From: the human T2T-CHM13v2.0 reference genome, Homo sapiens
DNA: 64,000 bases
Strand: one strand, 5' to 3'
Assembly: GCF_009914755.1 (NCBI RefSeq)
Contig: NC_060935.1
The notes under the pieces were generated by a model. That model did not search any database, was not told the DNA's origin, and saw nothing but the letters and a program-made list of their open reading frames with translations. Every line of letters starts with the position of its first letter. The first letter of the stretch is position 1. A program made the translations under genes and the position numbers. Positions 12,401 to 25,129 of the stretch are shown here, one piece after another.

Positions 12401-15400
12401 GGACATTTGGAGGGATTTGAGGCCTGTGGTGGAAAAGGAAAATCTTCACATAAAAACTAGATGGAAGCATTCTCAGAAACTACTTTGTGATGATTGCATT
12501 CGACTCACAGAGTTGAACATTCCTATAGATAGAGCAGGTTGTAAACAATCTTTTTGTAGAATCTGCGATTGGAGATTTGGACTGCTTTGAGGCCTACTGT
12601 AGTAAAGGAAATAACTTCATCTAAAAACCAAACGGAAGCATTCACAGACAATTCTTAGTGATCATTGCATTGAACTAACAGAGCTGAACATTCCTTTAGA
12701 TGGCGCAGTTTCCAAACACACTTTCTGTAGAATCTGCAAGTGGATATTTGGACCTCTCTGAGGATTTCGTTGGAAACGGGATAAACTTCCCAGAACTACA
12801 CGGAAGCATTCTGAGAAACTTCTTTGTGATGTTTGCATTCAACTCACAGAGTTGAACCTTGCTTTCATAGTTCAGCTTTCAAACACTCTTTTTGTAGAAT
12901 CTGCAAGTGGATATTTGGACCACTTTGTGGCCTTCCTTCGAAACGGGTATATCTTCACATCAAACCTAGACAGAAGCATTCTCAGAATGTTTCCTGTGAT
13001 GACTGCATTCAACTCACAGAGGTGAACAATCCTGCTGATGGAGCAGTTTTGAAACTCTCTTTCTTTGGATTCTGCAAGTGGATATGTGGACCTCTGTGAA
13101 GAATTCGTTGGAAAAGGGTTCATCTTCACAGAAAAACTAAACAGAAGCATTCTCAGAAACTGCTTTGTGATGTTTGTGTTCCACCTCAGGAACTGAACTT
13201 TCCTCTTGACAGAGCAGCTCTGAAACCCTCTTATTCTAGAATCTGCAAGTGGACATTTGGAGGGCTTTGAGGCCTGTGGTGGAAAAGGAAAATCTTCACA
13301 TAAAAATTAGATGGAAGCATTCTCAGAAACTACTTTGTGATGATTGCATTCGACTCACAGAGTTGAACATTCCTATAGATAGAGCAGGTTGTAAACAATC
13401 TTTTTGTAGAATCTGCGATTGGAGATTTGGACTGCTTTGAGGCCTACTGTAGTAAAGGAAATAACTTCATCTAAAAACCAAACGGAAGCATTCACAGACA
13501 ATTCTTAGTGATCATTGGATTGAACTAACAGAGCTGAACATTCCTTTAGATGGCGCAGTTTCCAAACACACTTTCTGTAGAATCTTCAAGTGGATATTTG
13601 GACTTCTCTGAGGATTTCGTTGGATAAGGGATAAACTTCCCAGAACTACACGGAAGCATTGTGAGAAACTTCTTTGTGATGTTTGCATTCAACTCACAGA
13701 GTTGAACCTTGCTTTCATAGTTCAGCTTTCAAACACTCTTTTTGTAGAATCTGCAAGTGGATATTTGGACCACTTTGTGGCCTTCCTTCGAAACGGGTAT
13801 ATCTTCACATCAAACCTAGACAGAAGCATTCTCAGAATGTTTCCTGTGATGACTGCATTCAACTCACAGAGGTGAACAATCCTGCTGATGGAGCAGTATT
13901 GAAACTCTCTTTCTTTGGATTCTGCAAGTGGATATGTGGACCTCTGTGAAGATTTCGTTGGAAACGGGTTCATCTTCACAGAAAAACTAAACAGGAGCAT
14001 TCTCAGAAACTGCTTTGTGATGTTTGTGTTCCACTTCAAGAATTGAACTTTCCTCTTGACAGAGCAGCTCTGAAACCCTCTTTTTCTAGAATCTGCAAGT
14101 GGACATTTGGAGGGATTTGAGGCCTGTGGTGGAAAAGGAAAATCTTCACATAAAAACTAGATGGAAGCATTCTCAGAAACTACTTTGTGATGATTGCATT
14201 CGACTCACAGAGTTGAACATTCCTATAGATAGAGCAGGTTGTAAACAATCTTTTTGTAGAATCTGCGATTGGAGATTTGGACTGCTTTGAGGCCTACTGT
14301 AGTAAAGGAAATAACTTCATCTAAAAACCAAACGGAAGCATTCACAAACAATTCTTAGTGATCATTGCATTGAACTAACAGAGCTGAACATTCCTTTAGA
14401 TGGCGCGGTTTCCAAACACACTTTCTGTAGAATCTGCAAGTGGATATTTGGACCTCTCTGAGGATTTCCTTGGAAATGGTATAAACTTCCCAGAACTACA
14501 CGGAAGCATTGTGAGAAACTTCTTTGTGATGTTTGCATTCAACTCACAGAGTTGAACCTTGCTTTCATAGTTCAGCTTTCAAACACTCTTTTTGTAGATT
14601 CTGCAAGTGGATATTTGGACCACTTTGTGGCCTTCCTTCGAAACGGGTATATCTTCACATCAAACCTAGACAGAAGCATTCTCAGAATGTTTCCTGTGAT
14701 GACTGCATTCAACTCACAGAGGTGAACAATCCTGCTGATGGAGCAGTTTTGAAACTCTCTTTCTTTGGATTCTGCAAGTGGATATGTGGACCTCTGTGAA
14801 GATTTCGTTGGAAACGGGTTCATCTTCACAGAAAAACTAAACAGAAGCATTCTCAGAAACTGCTTTGTGATGTTTGTGTTCCACTTCAGGAATTGAACTT
14901 TCCTCTTGACAGAGCAGCTCTGAAACCCTCTTTTCTAGAATCTGCAAGTGGACATTTGGAGGGCTTTGAGGCCTGTGGTGGAAAAGGAAAATCTTCACAT
15001 AAAAACTAGATGGAAGCATTCTCAGAAACTACTTTGTGATGATTGCATTCGACTCACAGAGTTGAACATTCCTATAGATAGAGCAGGTTGTAAACAATCT
15101 TTTTGTAGAATCTGCGATTGGAGATTTGGACTGCTTTGAGGCCTACTGTAGTAAAGGAAATAACTTCATCTAAAAACCAAACGGAAGCATTCACAGACAA
15201 TTCTTAGTGATCATTGGATTGAACTAACAGAGCTGAACATTCCTTTAGATGGCACAGTTTCCAAACACACTTACTGTAGAATCTTGAAGTGGATATTTGG
15301 ACTTCTCTGAGAATTTCGTTGGAAACGGGATAAACTTTCCAGAACTACACGGAAGCATTGTGAGAAACTTCTTTGTGATGTTTGCATTCAACTCACAGAG

Positions 15401-18400
15401 TTGAACCTTGCTTTCATAGTTCAGCTTTCAAACACTCTTTTTGTAGAATCTGCAAGTGGATATTTGGACCACTTTGTGGCCTTCCTTTGAAACGGGTATA
15501 TCTTCACATCAAACCTAGACAGAAGCATTCTCAGAATGTTTCCTGTGATGACTGCATTCAACTCACAGAGGTGAACAATCCTGCTGATGGAGCAGTTTTG
15601 AAACTCTCTTTCTTTGGATTCTGCAAGTGGATATGTTGACCTCTGTGAAGATTTCGTTGGAAACGGGTTCATCTTCACAGAAAAACTAAAAAGGAGCATT
15701 CTCAGAAACTGCTTTGTGATGTTTGTGTTCCACTTCAAGAATTGAACTTTCCTCTTGACAGAGCAGCTCTGAAACCCTCTTTTTCTAGAATCTGCAAGTG
15801 GACATTTGGAGGGATTTGAGGCCTGTGGTGGAAAAGGAAAATCTTCACATAAAAACTAGATGGAAGCATTCTCAGAAACTACTTTGTGATGATTGCATTC
15901 GACTCACAGAGTTGAACATTCCTATAGATAGAGCAGGTTGTAAACAATCTTTTTGTAGAATCTGCGATTGGAGATTTGGACTGCTTTGAGGCCTACTGTA
16001 GTAAAGGAAATAACTTCATCTAAAAACCAAACGGAAGCATTCACAGACAATTCTTAGTGATCATTGCATTGAACTAACAGAGCTGAACATTCCTTTAGAT
16101 GGCGCAGTTTCCAAACACACTTTCTGTAGAATCTGCAAGTGGATATTTGGACCTCTCTGAGGATTTCGTTGGAAACGGGATAAACTTCCCAGAACTACAC
16201 GGAAGCATTCTGAGAAACTTCTTTGTGATGTTTGCATTCAACTCACAGAGTTGAACCTTGCTTTCATAGTTCAGCTTTCAAACACTCTTTTTGTAGAATC
16301 TGCAAGTGGATATTTGGACCACTTTGTGGCCTTCCTTCGAAACGGGTATATCTTCACATCAAACCTAGACAGAAGCATTCTCAGAATGTTTCCTGTGATG
16401 ACTGCATTCAACTCACAGAGGTGAACAATCCTGCTGATGGAGCAGTTTTGAAACTCTCTTTCTTTGGATTCTGCAAGTGGATATGTGGACCTCTGTGAAG
16501 AATTCGTTGGAAACGGGTTCATCTTCACAGAAAAACTAAACAGAAGCATTCTCAGAAACTGCTTTGTGATGTTTGTGTTCCACCTCAGGAATTGAACTTT
16601 CCTCTTGACAGAGCAGCTCTGAAACCCTCTTTTTCTAGAATCTGCAAGTGGACATTTGGAGGGCTTTGAGGCCTGTGGTGGAAAAGGAAAATCTTCACAT
16701 AAAAACTAGATGGAAGCATTCTCAGAAACTACTTTGTGATGATTGCATTCGACTCACAGAGTTGAACATTCCTATAGATAGAGCAGGTTGTAAACAATCT
16801 TTTTGTAGAATCTGCGATTGGAGATTTGGACTGCTTTGAGGCCTACTGTAGTAAAGGAAATAACTTCATCTAAAAACCAAACGGAAGCATTCACAGACAA
16901 TTCTTAGTGATCATTGGATTGAACTAACAGAGCTGAACATTCCTTTAGATGGCACAGTTTCCAAACACACTTTCTGTAGAATCTTGAAGTGGATATTTGG
17001 ACTTATCTGAGAATTTCGTTGGAAACGGGATAAATTTCCAGAACTACACGGAAGCATTGTGAGAAACTTCTTTGTGATGTTTGCATTCAACTCACAGAGT
17101 TGAACCTTGCTTTCATAGTTCAGCTTTCAAACACTCTTTTTGTAGAATCTGCAAGTGGATATTTGGACCACTTTGTGGCCTTCCTTTGAAACGGGTATAT
17201 CTTCACATCAAACCTAGACAGAAGCATTCTCAGAATGTTTCCTGTGATGACTGCATTCAACTCACAGAGGTGAACAATCCTGCTGATGGAGCAGTTTTGA
17301 AACTCTCTTTCTTTGGATTCTGCAAGTGGATATGTTGACCTCTGTGAAGATTTCGTTGGAAAGGGGTTCATCTTCACAGAAAAACTAAAAAGGAGCATTC
17401 TCAGAAACTGCTTTGTGATGTTTGTGTTCCACTTCAAGAATTGAACTTTCCTCTTGACAGAGCAGCTCTGAAACCCTCTTTTTCTAGAATCTGCAAGTGG
17501 ACATTTGGAGGGATTTGAGGCCTGTGGTGGAAAAGGAAAATCTTCACATAAAAACTAGATGGAAGCATTCTCAGAAACTACTTTGTGATGATTGCATTCG
17601 ACTCACAGAGTTGAACATTCCTATAGATAGAGCAGGTTGTAAACAATCTTTTTGTAGAATCTGCGATTGGAGATTTGGACTGCTTTGAGGCCTACTGTAG
17701 TAAAGGAAATAACTTCATCTAAAAACCAAACGGAAGCATTCACAGACAATTCTTAGTGATCATTGCATTGAACTAACAGAGCTGAACATTCCTTTAGATG
17801 GCGCAGTTTCCAAACACACTTTCTGTAGAATCTGCAAGTGGATATTTGGACCTCTCTGAGGATTTCGTTGGAAACGGGATAAACTTCCCAGAACTACACG
17901 GAAGCATTCTGAGAAACTTCTTTGTGATGTTTGCATTCAACTCACAGAGTTGAACCTTGCTTTCATAGTTCAGCTTTCAAACACTCTTTTTGTAGAATCT
18001 GCAAGTGGATATTTGGACCACTTTGTGGCCTTCCTTCGAAACGGGTATATCTTCACATCAAACCTAGACAGAAGCATTCTCAGAATGTTTCCTGTGATGA
18101 CTGCATTCAACTCACAGAGGTGAACAATCCTGCTGATGGAGCAGTTTTGAAACTCTCTTTCTTTGGATTCTGCAAGTGGATATGTGGACCTCTGTGAAGA
18201 ATTCGTTGGAAAAGGGTTCATCTTCACAGAAAAACTAAACAGAAGCATTCTCAGAAACTGCTTTGTGATGTTTGTGTTCCACCTCAGGAACTGAACTTTC
18301 CTCTTGACAGAGCAGCTCTGAAACCCTCTTATTCTAGAATCTGCAAGTGGACATTTGGAGGGCTTTGAGGCCTGTGGTGGAAAAGGAAAATCTTCACATA

Positions 18401-21400
18401 AAAATTAGATGGAAGCATTCTCAGAAACTACTTTGTGATGATTGCATTCGACTCACAGAGTTGAACATTCCTATAGATAGAGCAGGTTGTAAACAATCTT
18501 TTTGTAGAATCTGCGATTGGAGATTTGGACTGCTTTGAGGCCTACTGTAGTAAAGGAAATAACTTCATCTAAAAACCAAACGGAAGCATTCACAGACAAT
18601 TCTTAGTGATCATTGGATTGAACTAACAGAGCTGAACATTCCTTTAGATGGCGCAGTTTCCAAACACACTTTCTGTAGAATCTTCAAGTGGATATTTGGA
18701 CTTCTCTGAGGATTTCGTTGGATAAGGGATAAACTTCCCAGAACTACACGGAAGCATTGTGAGAAACTTCTTTGTGATGTTTGCATTCAACTCACAGAGT
18801 TGAACCTTGCTTTCATAGTTCAGCTTTCAAACACTCTTTTTGTAGAATCTGCAAGTGGATATTTGGACCACTTTGTGGCCTTCCTTCGAAACGGGTATAT
18901 CTTCACATCAAACCTAGACAGAAGCATTCTCAGAATGTTTCCTGTGATGACTGCATTCAACTCACAGAGGTGAACAATCCTGCTGATGGAGCAGTATTGA
19001 AACTCTCTTTCTTTGGATTCTGCAAGTGGATATGTGGACCTCTGTGAAGATTTCGTTGGAAACGGGTTCATCTTCACAGAAAAACTAAACAGGAGCATTC
19101 TCAGAAACTGCTTTGTGATGTTTGTGTTCCACTTCAAGAATTGAACTTTCCTCTTGACAGAGCAGCTCTGAAACCCTCTTTTTCTAGAATCTGCAAGTGG
19201 ACATTTGGAGGGATTTGAGGCCTGTGGTGGAAAAGGAAAATCTTCACATAAAAACTAGATGGAAGCATTCTCAGAAACTACTTTGTGATGATTGCATTCG
19301 ACTCACAGAGTTGAACATTCCTATAGATAGAGCAGGTTGTAAACAATCTTTTTGTAGAATCTGCGATTGGAGATTTGGACTGCTTTGAGGCCTACTGTAG
19401 TAAAGGAAATAACTTCATCTAAAAACCAAACGGAAGCATTCACAAACAATTCTTAGTGATCATTGCATTGAACTAACAGAGCTGAACATTCCTTTAGATG
19501 GCGCGGTTTCCAAACACACTTTCTGTAGAATCTGCAAGTGGATATTTGGACCTCTCTGAGGATTTCCTTGGAAATGGTATAAACTTCCCAGAACTACACG
19601 GAAGCATTGTGAGAAACTTCTTTGTGATGTTTGCATTCAACTCACAGAGTTGAACCTTGCTTTCATAGTTCAGCTTTCAAACACTCTTTTTGTAGATTCT
19701 GCAAGTGGATATTTGGACCACTTTGTGGCCTTCCTTCGAAACGGGTATATCTTCACATCAAACCTAGATAGAAGCATTCTCAGAATGTTTCCTGTGATGA
19801 CTGCATTCAACTCACAGAGGTGAACAATCCTGCTGATGGAGCAGTTTTGAAACTCTCTTTCTTTGGATTCTGCAAGTGGATATGTGGACCTCTGTGAAGA
19901 TTTCGTTGGAAACGGGTTCATCTTCACAGAAAAACTAAACAGAAGCATTCTCAGAAACTGCTTTGTGATGTTTGTGTTCCACTTCAGGAATTGAACTTTC
20001 CTCTTGACAGAGCAGCTCTGAAACCCTCTTTTCTAGAATCTGCAAGTGGACATTTGGAGGGCTTTGAGGCCTGTGGTGGAAAAGGAAAATCTTCACATAA
20101 AAACTAGATGGAAGCATTCTCAGAAACTACTTTGTGATGATTGCATTCGACTCACAGAGTTGAACATTCCTATAGATAGAGCAGGTTGTAAACAATCTTT
20201 TTGTAGAATCTGCGATTGGAGATTTGGACTGCTTTGAGGCCTACTGTAGTAAAGGAAATAACTTCATCTAAAAACCAAACGGAAGCATTCACAGACAATT
20301 CTTAGTGATCATTGGATTGAACTAACAGAGCTGAACATTCCTTTAGATGGCACAGTTTCCAAACACACTTTCTGTAGAATCTTGAAGTGGATATTTGGAC
20401 TTCTCTGAGAATTTCGTTGGAAACGGGATAAACTTTCCAGAACTACACGGAAGCATTGTGAGAAACTTCTTTGTGATGTTTGCATTCAACTCACAGAGTT
20501 GAACCTTGCTTTCATAGTTCAGCTTTCAAACACTCTTTTTGTAGAATCTGCAAGTGGATATTTGGACCACTTTGTGGCCTTCCTTTGAAACGGGTATATC
20601 TTCACATCAAACCTAGACAGAAGCATTCTCAGAATGTTTCCTGTGATGACTGCATTCAACTCACAGAGGTGAACAATCCTGCTGATGGAGCAGTTTTGAA
20701 ACTCTCTTTCTTTGGATTCTGCAAGTGGATATGTTGACCTCTGTGAAGATTTCGTTGGAAACGGGTTCATCTTCACAGAAAAACTAAAAAGGAGCATTCT
20801 CAGAAACTGCTTTGTGATGTTTGTGTTCCACTTCAAGAATTGAACTTTCCTCTTGACAGAGCAGCTCTGAAACCCTCTTTTTCTAGAATCTGCAAGTGGA
20901 CATTTGGAGGGATTTGAGGCCTGTGGTGGAAAAGGAAAATCTTCACATAAAAACTAGATGGAAGCATTCTCAGAAACTACTTTGTGATGATTGCATTCGA
21001 CTCACAGAGTTGAACATTCCTATAGATAGAGCAGGTTGTAAACAATCTTTTTGTAGAATCTGCGATTGGAGATTTGGACTGCTTTGAGGCCTACTGTAGT
21101 AAAGGAAATAACTTCATCTAAAAACCAAACGGAAGCATTCACAGACAATTCTTAGTGATCATTGCATTGAACTAACAGAGCTGAACATTCCTTTAGATGG
21201 CGCAGTTTCCAAACACACTTTCTGTAGAATCTGCAAGTGGATATTTGGACCTCTCTGAGGATTTCGTTGGAAACGGGATAAACTTCCCAGAACTACACGG
21301 AAGCATTCTGAGAAACTTCTTTGTGATGTTTGCATTCAACTCACAGAGTTGAACCTTGCTTTCATAGTTCAGCTTTCAAACACTCTTTTTGTAGAATCTG

Positions 21401-21689
21401 CAAGTGGATATTTGGACCACTTTGTGGCCTTCCTTCGAAACGGGTATATCTTCACATCAAACCTAGACAGAAGCATTCTCAGAATGTTTCCTGTGATGAC
21501 TGCATTCAACTCACAGAGGTGAACAATCCTGCTGATGGAGCAGTTTTGAAACTCTCTTTCTTTGGATTCTGCAAGTGGATATGTGGACCTCTGTGAAGAA
21601 TTCGTTGGAAACGGGTTCATCTTCACAGAAAAACTAAACAGAAGCATTCTCAGAAACTGCTTTGTGATGTTTGTGTTCCACCTCAGGAA
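6440..21689 (+). repeat. Tandem triplication of a 6-HOR super-unit (5098 bp)
   Basis: Variant haplotypes recur at an offset of exactly 5098: 6885/11983/17081, 7735/12833/17931, 8585/13683/18781, 10284/15382/20480, 11134/16232/21330. 5098 = 6x850 minus two 1-bp deletions. Confidence 0.92.
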
Positions 21690-24600
21690 CTGAACTTTCC
21701 TCTTGACAGAGCAGCTCTGAAACCCTCTTATTCTAGAATCTGCAAGTGGACATTTGGAGGGCTTTGAGGCCTGTGGTGGAAAAGGAAAATCTTCACATAA
21801 AAATTAGATGGAAGCATTCTCAGAAACTACTTTGTGATGATTGCATTCGACTCACAGAGTTGAACATTCCTATAGATAGAGCAGGTTGTAAACAATCTTT
21901 TTGTAGAATCTGCGATTGGAGATTTGGACTGCTTTGAGGCCTAGTGTAGTAAAGGAAATAACTTCATCTAAAAACCAAACGGAAGCATTCACAGACAATT
22001 CTTAGTGATCATTGGATTGAACTAACAGAGCTGAACATTCCTTTAGATGGCGCAGTTTCCAAACACACTTTCTGTAGAATCTTCAAGTGGATATTTGCAC
22101 ATCTCTGAGGATTTCGTTGGAAACGGGATAAACTTCCCAGAACTACACGGAAGCATTGTGAGAAACTTCTTTGTGATGTTTGCATTCAACTCACAGAGTT
22201 GAACCTTGCTTTCATACTTCAGCTTTCAAACACTCTTTTTGTAGAATCTGCAAGTGGATATTTGGACCACTTTGTGGCCTTCCTTCGAAACGGGTATATC
22301 TTCACATCAAACCTAGACAGAAGCATTCTCAGAATGTTTCCTGTGATGACTGCATTCAACTCACAGAAGTGAACAATCCTCTTGACGGAGCAGTTTTGAA
22401 ACTCTCTTTCTTTGGATTCTGCAAGTTGATATGTTGACCTCTGTGAAGATTTCGTTGGAAACGGGTTCATCTTCACAGAAAAACTAAACAGAAGCATTCT
22501 CAGAAACTGCTTTGTGATGTTTGTGTTCTACTTCAAGAATTGAACTTTCCTCTTGACAGAGCAGCTCTGAAACCCTCTTTTTCTAGAATCTGCAAGTGGA
22601 CATTTGGAGGGCTTTGAGGTCTGTGGTGGAAAAGGAAAATCTTCACATAAAAACTAGATGGAAGCATTCTCAGAAACTACTTTGTGATGATTGCATTCGA
22701 CTCACAGAGTTGAACATTCCTATAGATAGAGCAGGTTGTAAACAATCTTTTTGTAGAATCTGCAATTGGAGATTTGGACTGCTTTGAGGCCTACTGTAGT
22801 AAAGGAAATAACTTCATCTAAAAACCAAACGGAAGCATTCACAGACAATTCTTAGTGATCATTGGATTGAACTAACAGAGCTGAACATTCCCTTAGATGG
22901 CGCAGTTTCCAAACACACTTTCTGTAGAATCTGCAAGTGGATATTTGGACCTCTCTGAGGATTTCGTTGGAAACGGGATAAACTTCCCAGAACTACACGG
23001 AAGCATTGTGAGAAACTTCTTTGTGATGTTTGCATTCAACTCACAGAGTTGAACCTTGCTTTCATAGTTCAGCTTTCAAACACTCTTTTTGTAGAATCTG
23101 CAAGTGGATATTTGGACCACTTTGTGGCCTTCCTTCGAAACGGGTATATCTTCACATCAAACCTAGACAGAAGCATTCTCAGAATGTTTCCTGTGATGAC
23201 TGCATTCAACTCACAGAGGTGAACAATCCTGTTGATGGAGCACTTTTGAAACTCTCTTTCTTTGGATTCTGCAAGTTGATATGTGGACCTCTGTGAAGAT
23301 TTCGTTGGAAACGGGTTCATCTTCACAGAAAAACTAAACAGAAGCATTCTCAGAAACTACTTTGTGATGTTTGTGTTCCACTTCAAGAATTGAACTTTCC
23401 TCTTGACAGAGCAGCTCTGAAACCCTCTTTTTCTAGAATCTGCAAGTGGACATTTGGAGGGCTTTGAGGCCTGTGGTGGAAAAGGAAAATCTTCACATAA
23501 AAACTAGATGGAAGCATTCTCAGAAACTACTTTGTGATGATTGCATTCGACTCACAGAGTTGAACATTCCTATAGATAGAGCAGGTTGTAAACAATCTTT
23601 TTGTAGAATCTGCGATTGGAGATTTGGACTGCTTTGAGGCCTACTGTAGTAAAGGAAATAACTTCATCTAAAAACCAAACGGAAGCATTCACAGACAATT
23701 CTTAGTGATCATTGCATTGAACTAACAGAGCTGAACATTCCTTTAGATGGCGCAGTTTCCAAACACACTTTCTGTAGAATCTGCAAGTGGATATTTGGAC
23801 CTCTCTGAGGATTTCGTTGGAAACGGGATAAACTTCCCAGAACTACACGGAAGCATTCTGAGAAACTTCTTTGTGACGTTTGTATTCAACTCACAGAGTT
23901 GAACGTTGCTTTCATAGTTCAGCTTTCAAACACTCTTTTTGTAGAATCTGCAAGTGGATATTTGGACCACTTTGTGGCCTTCCTTTGAAACGGGTATATC
24001 TTCACATCAAACCTAGACAGAAGCATTCTCAGAATGTTTCCTGTGATGACTGCATTCAACTCACAGAGGTGAACAATCCTGCTGATGGAGCAGTTTTGAA
24101 ACTCTCTTTCTTTGGATTCTGCAAGAGGATATGTTGACCTCTGTGAAGATTTCGTTGGAAACGGGTTCATCTTCACAGAAAAACTAAAAAGGAGCATTCT
24201 CAGAAACTGCTTTGTGATGTTTGTGTTCCACTTCAAGAATTGAACTTTCCTCTTGACAGAGCAGCTCTGAAACCCTCTTTTTCTAGAATCTGCAAGCGGA
24301 CATTTGGAGAGATTTGAGGCCTGTGGTGGAAAAGGAAAATCTTCACATAAAAACTAGATGGAAGCATTCTCAGAAACTACTTTGTGATGATTGCATTCGA
24401 CTCACAGAGTTGAACATTCCTATAGATAGAGCAGGTTGTAAACAATCTTTTTGTAGAATCTGCGATTGGAGATTTGGACTGCTTTGAGGCCTACTGTAGT
24501 AAAGGAAATAACTTCATCTAAAAACCAAACGGAAGCATTCACAGACAATTCTTAGTGATCATTGCATTGAACTAACAGAGCTGAACATTCCTTTAGATGG

Positions 24601-25129
24601 CGCAGTTTCCAAACACACTTTCTGTAGAATCTGCAAGTGGATATTTGGACCTCTCTGAGGATTTCGTTGGAAACGGGATAAACTTCCCAGAACTACACGG
24701 AAGCATTCTGAGAAACTTCTTTGTGATGTTTGCATTCAACTCACAGAGTTGAACCTTGCTTTCATAGTTCAGCTTTCAAACACTCTTTTGTAGAATCTGC
24801 AAGTGGATATTTGGACCACTTTGTGGCCTTCCTTCGAAACGGGTATATCTTCACATCAAACCTAGACAGAAGCATTCTCAGAATGTTTCCTGTGATGACT
24901 GCATTCAACTCACAGAGGTGAACAATCCTGCTGATGGAGCAGTTTTGAAACTCTCTTTCTTTGGATTCTGCAAGTGGATATGTGGACCTCTGTGAAGAAT
25001 TCGTTGGAAACGGGTTCATCTTCACAGAAAAACTAAACAGAAGCATTCTCAGAAACTGCTTTGTGATGTTTGTGTTCCACCTCAGAAATTGAACTTTCCT
25101 CTTGACAGAGCAGCTGTGAAACCCTCTTA

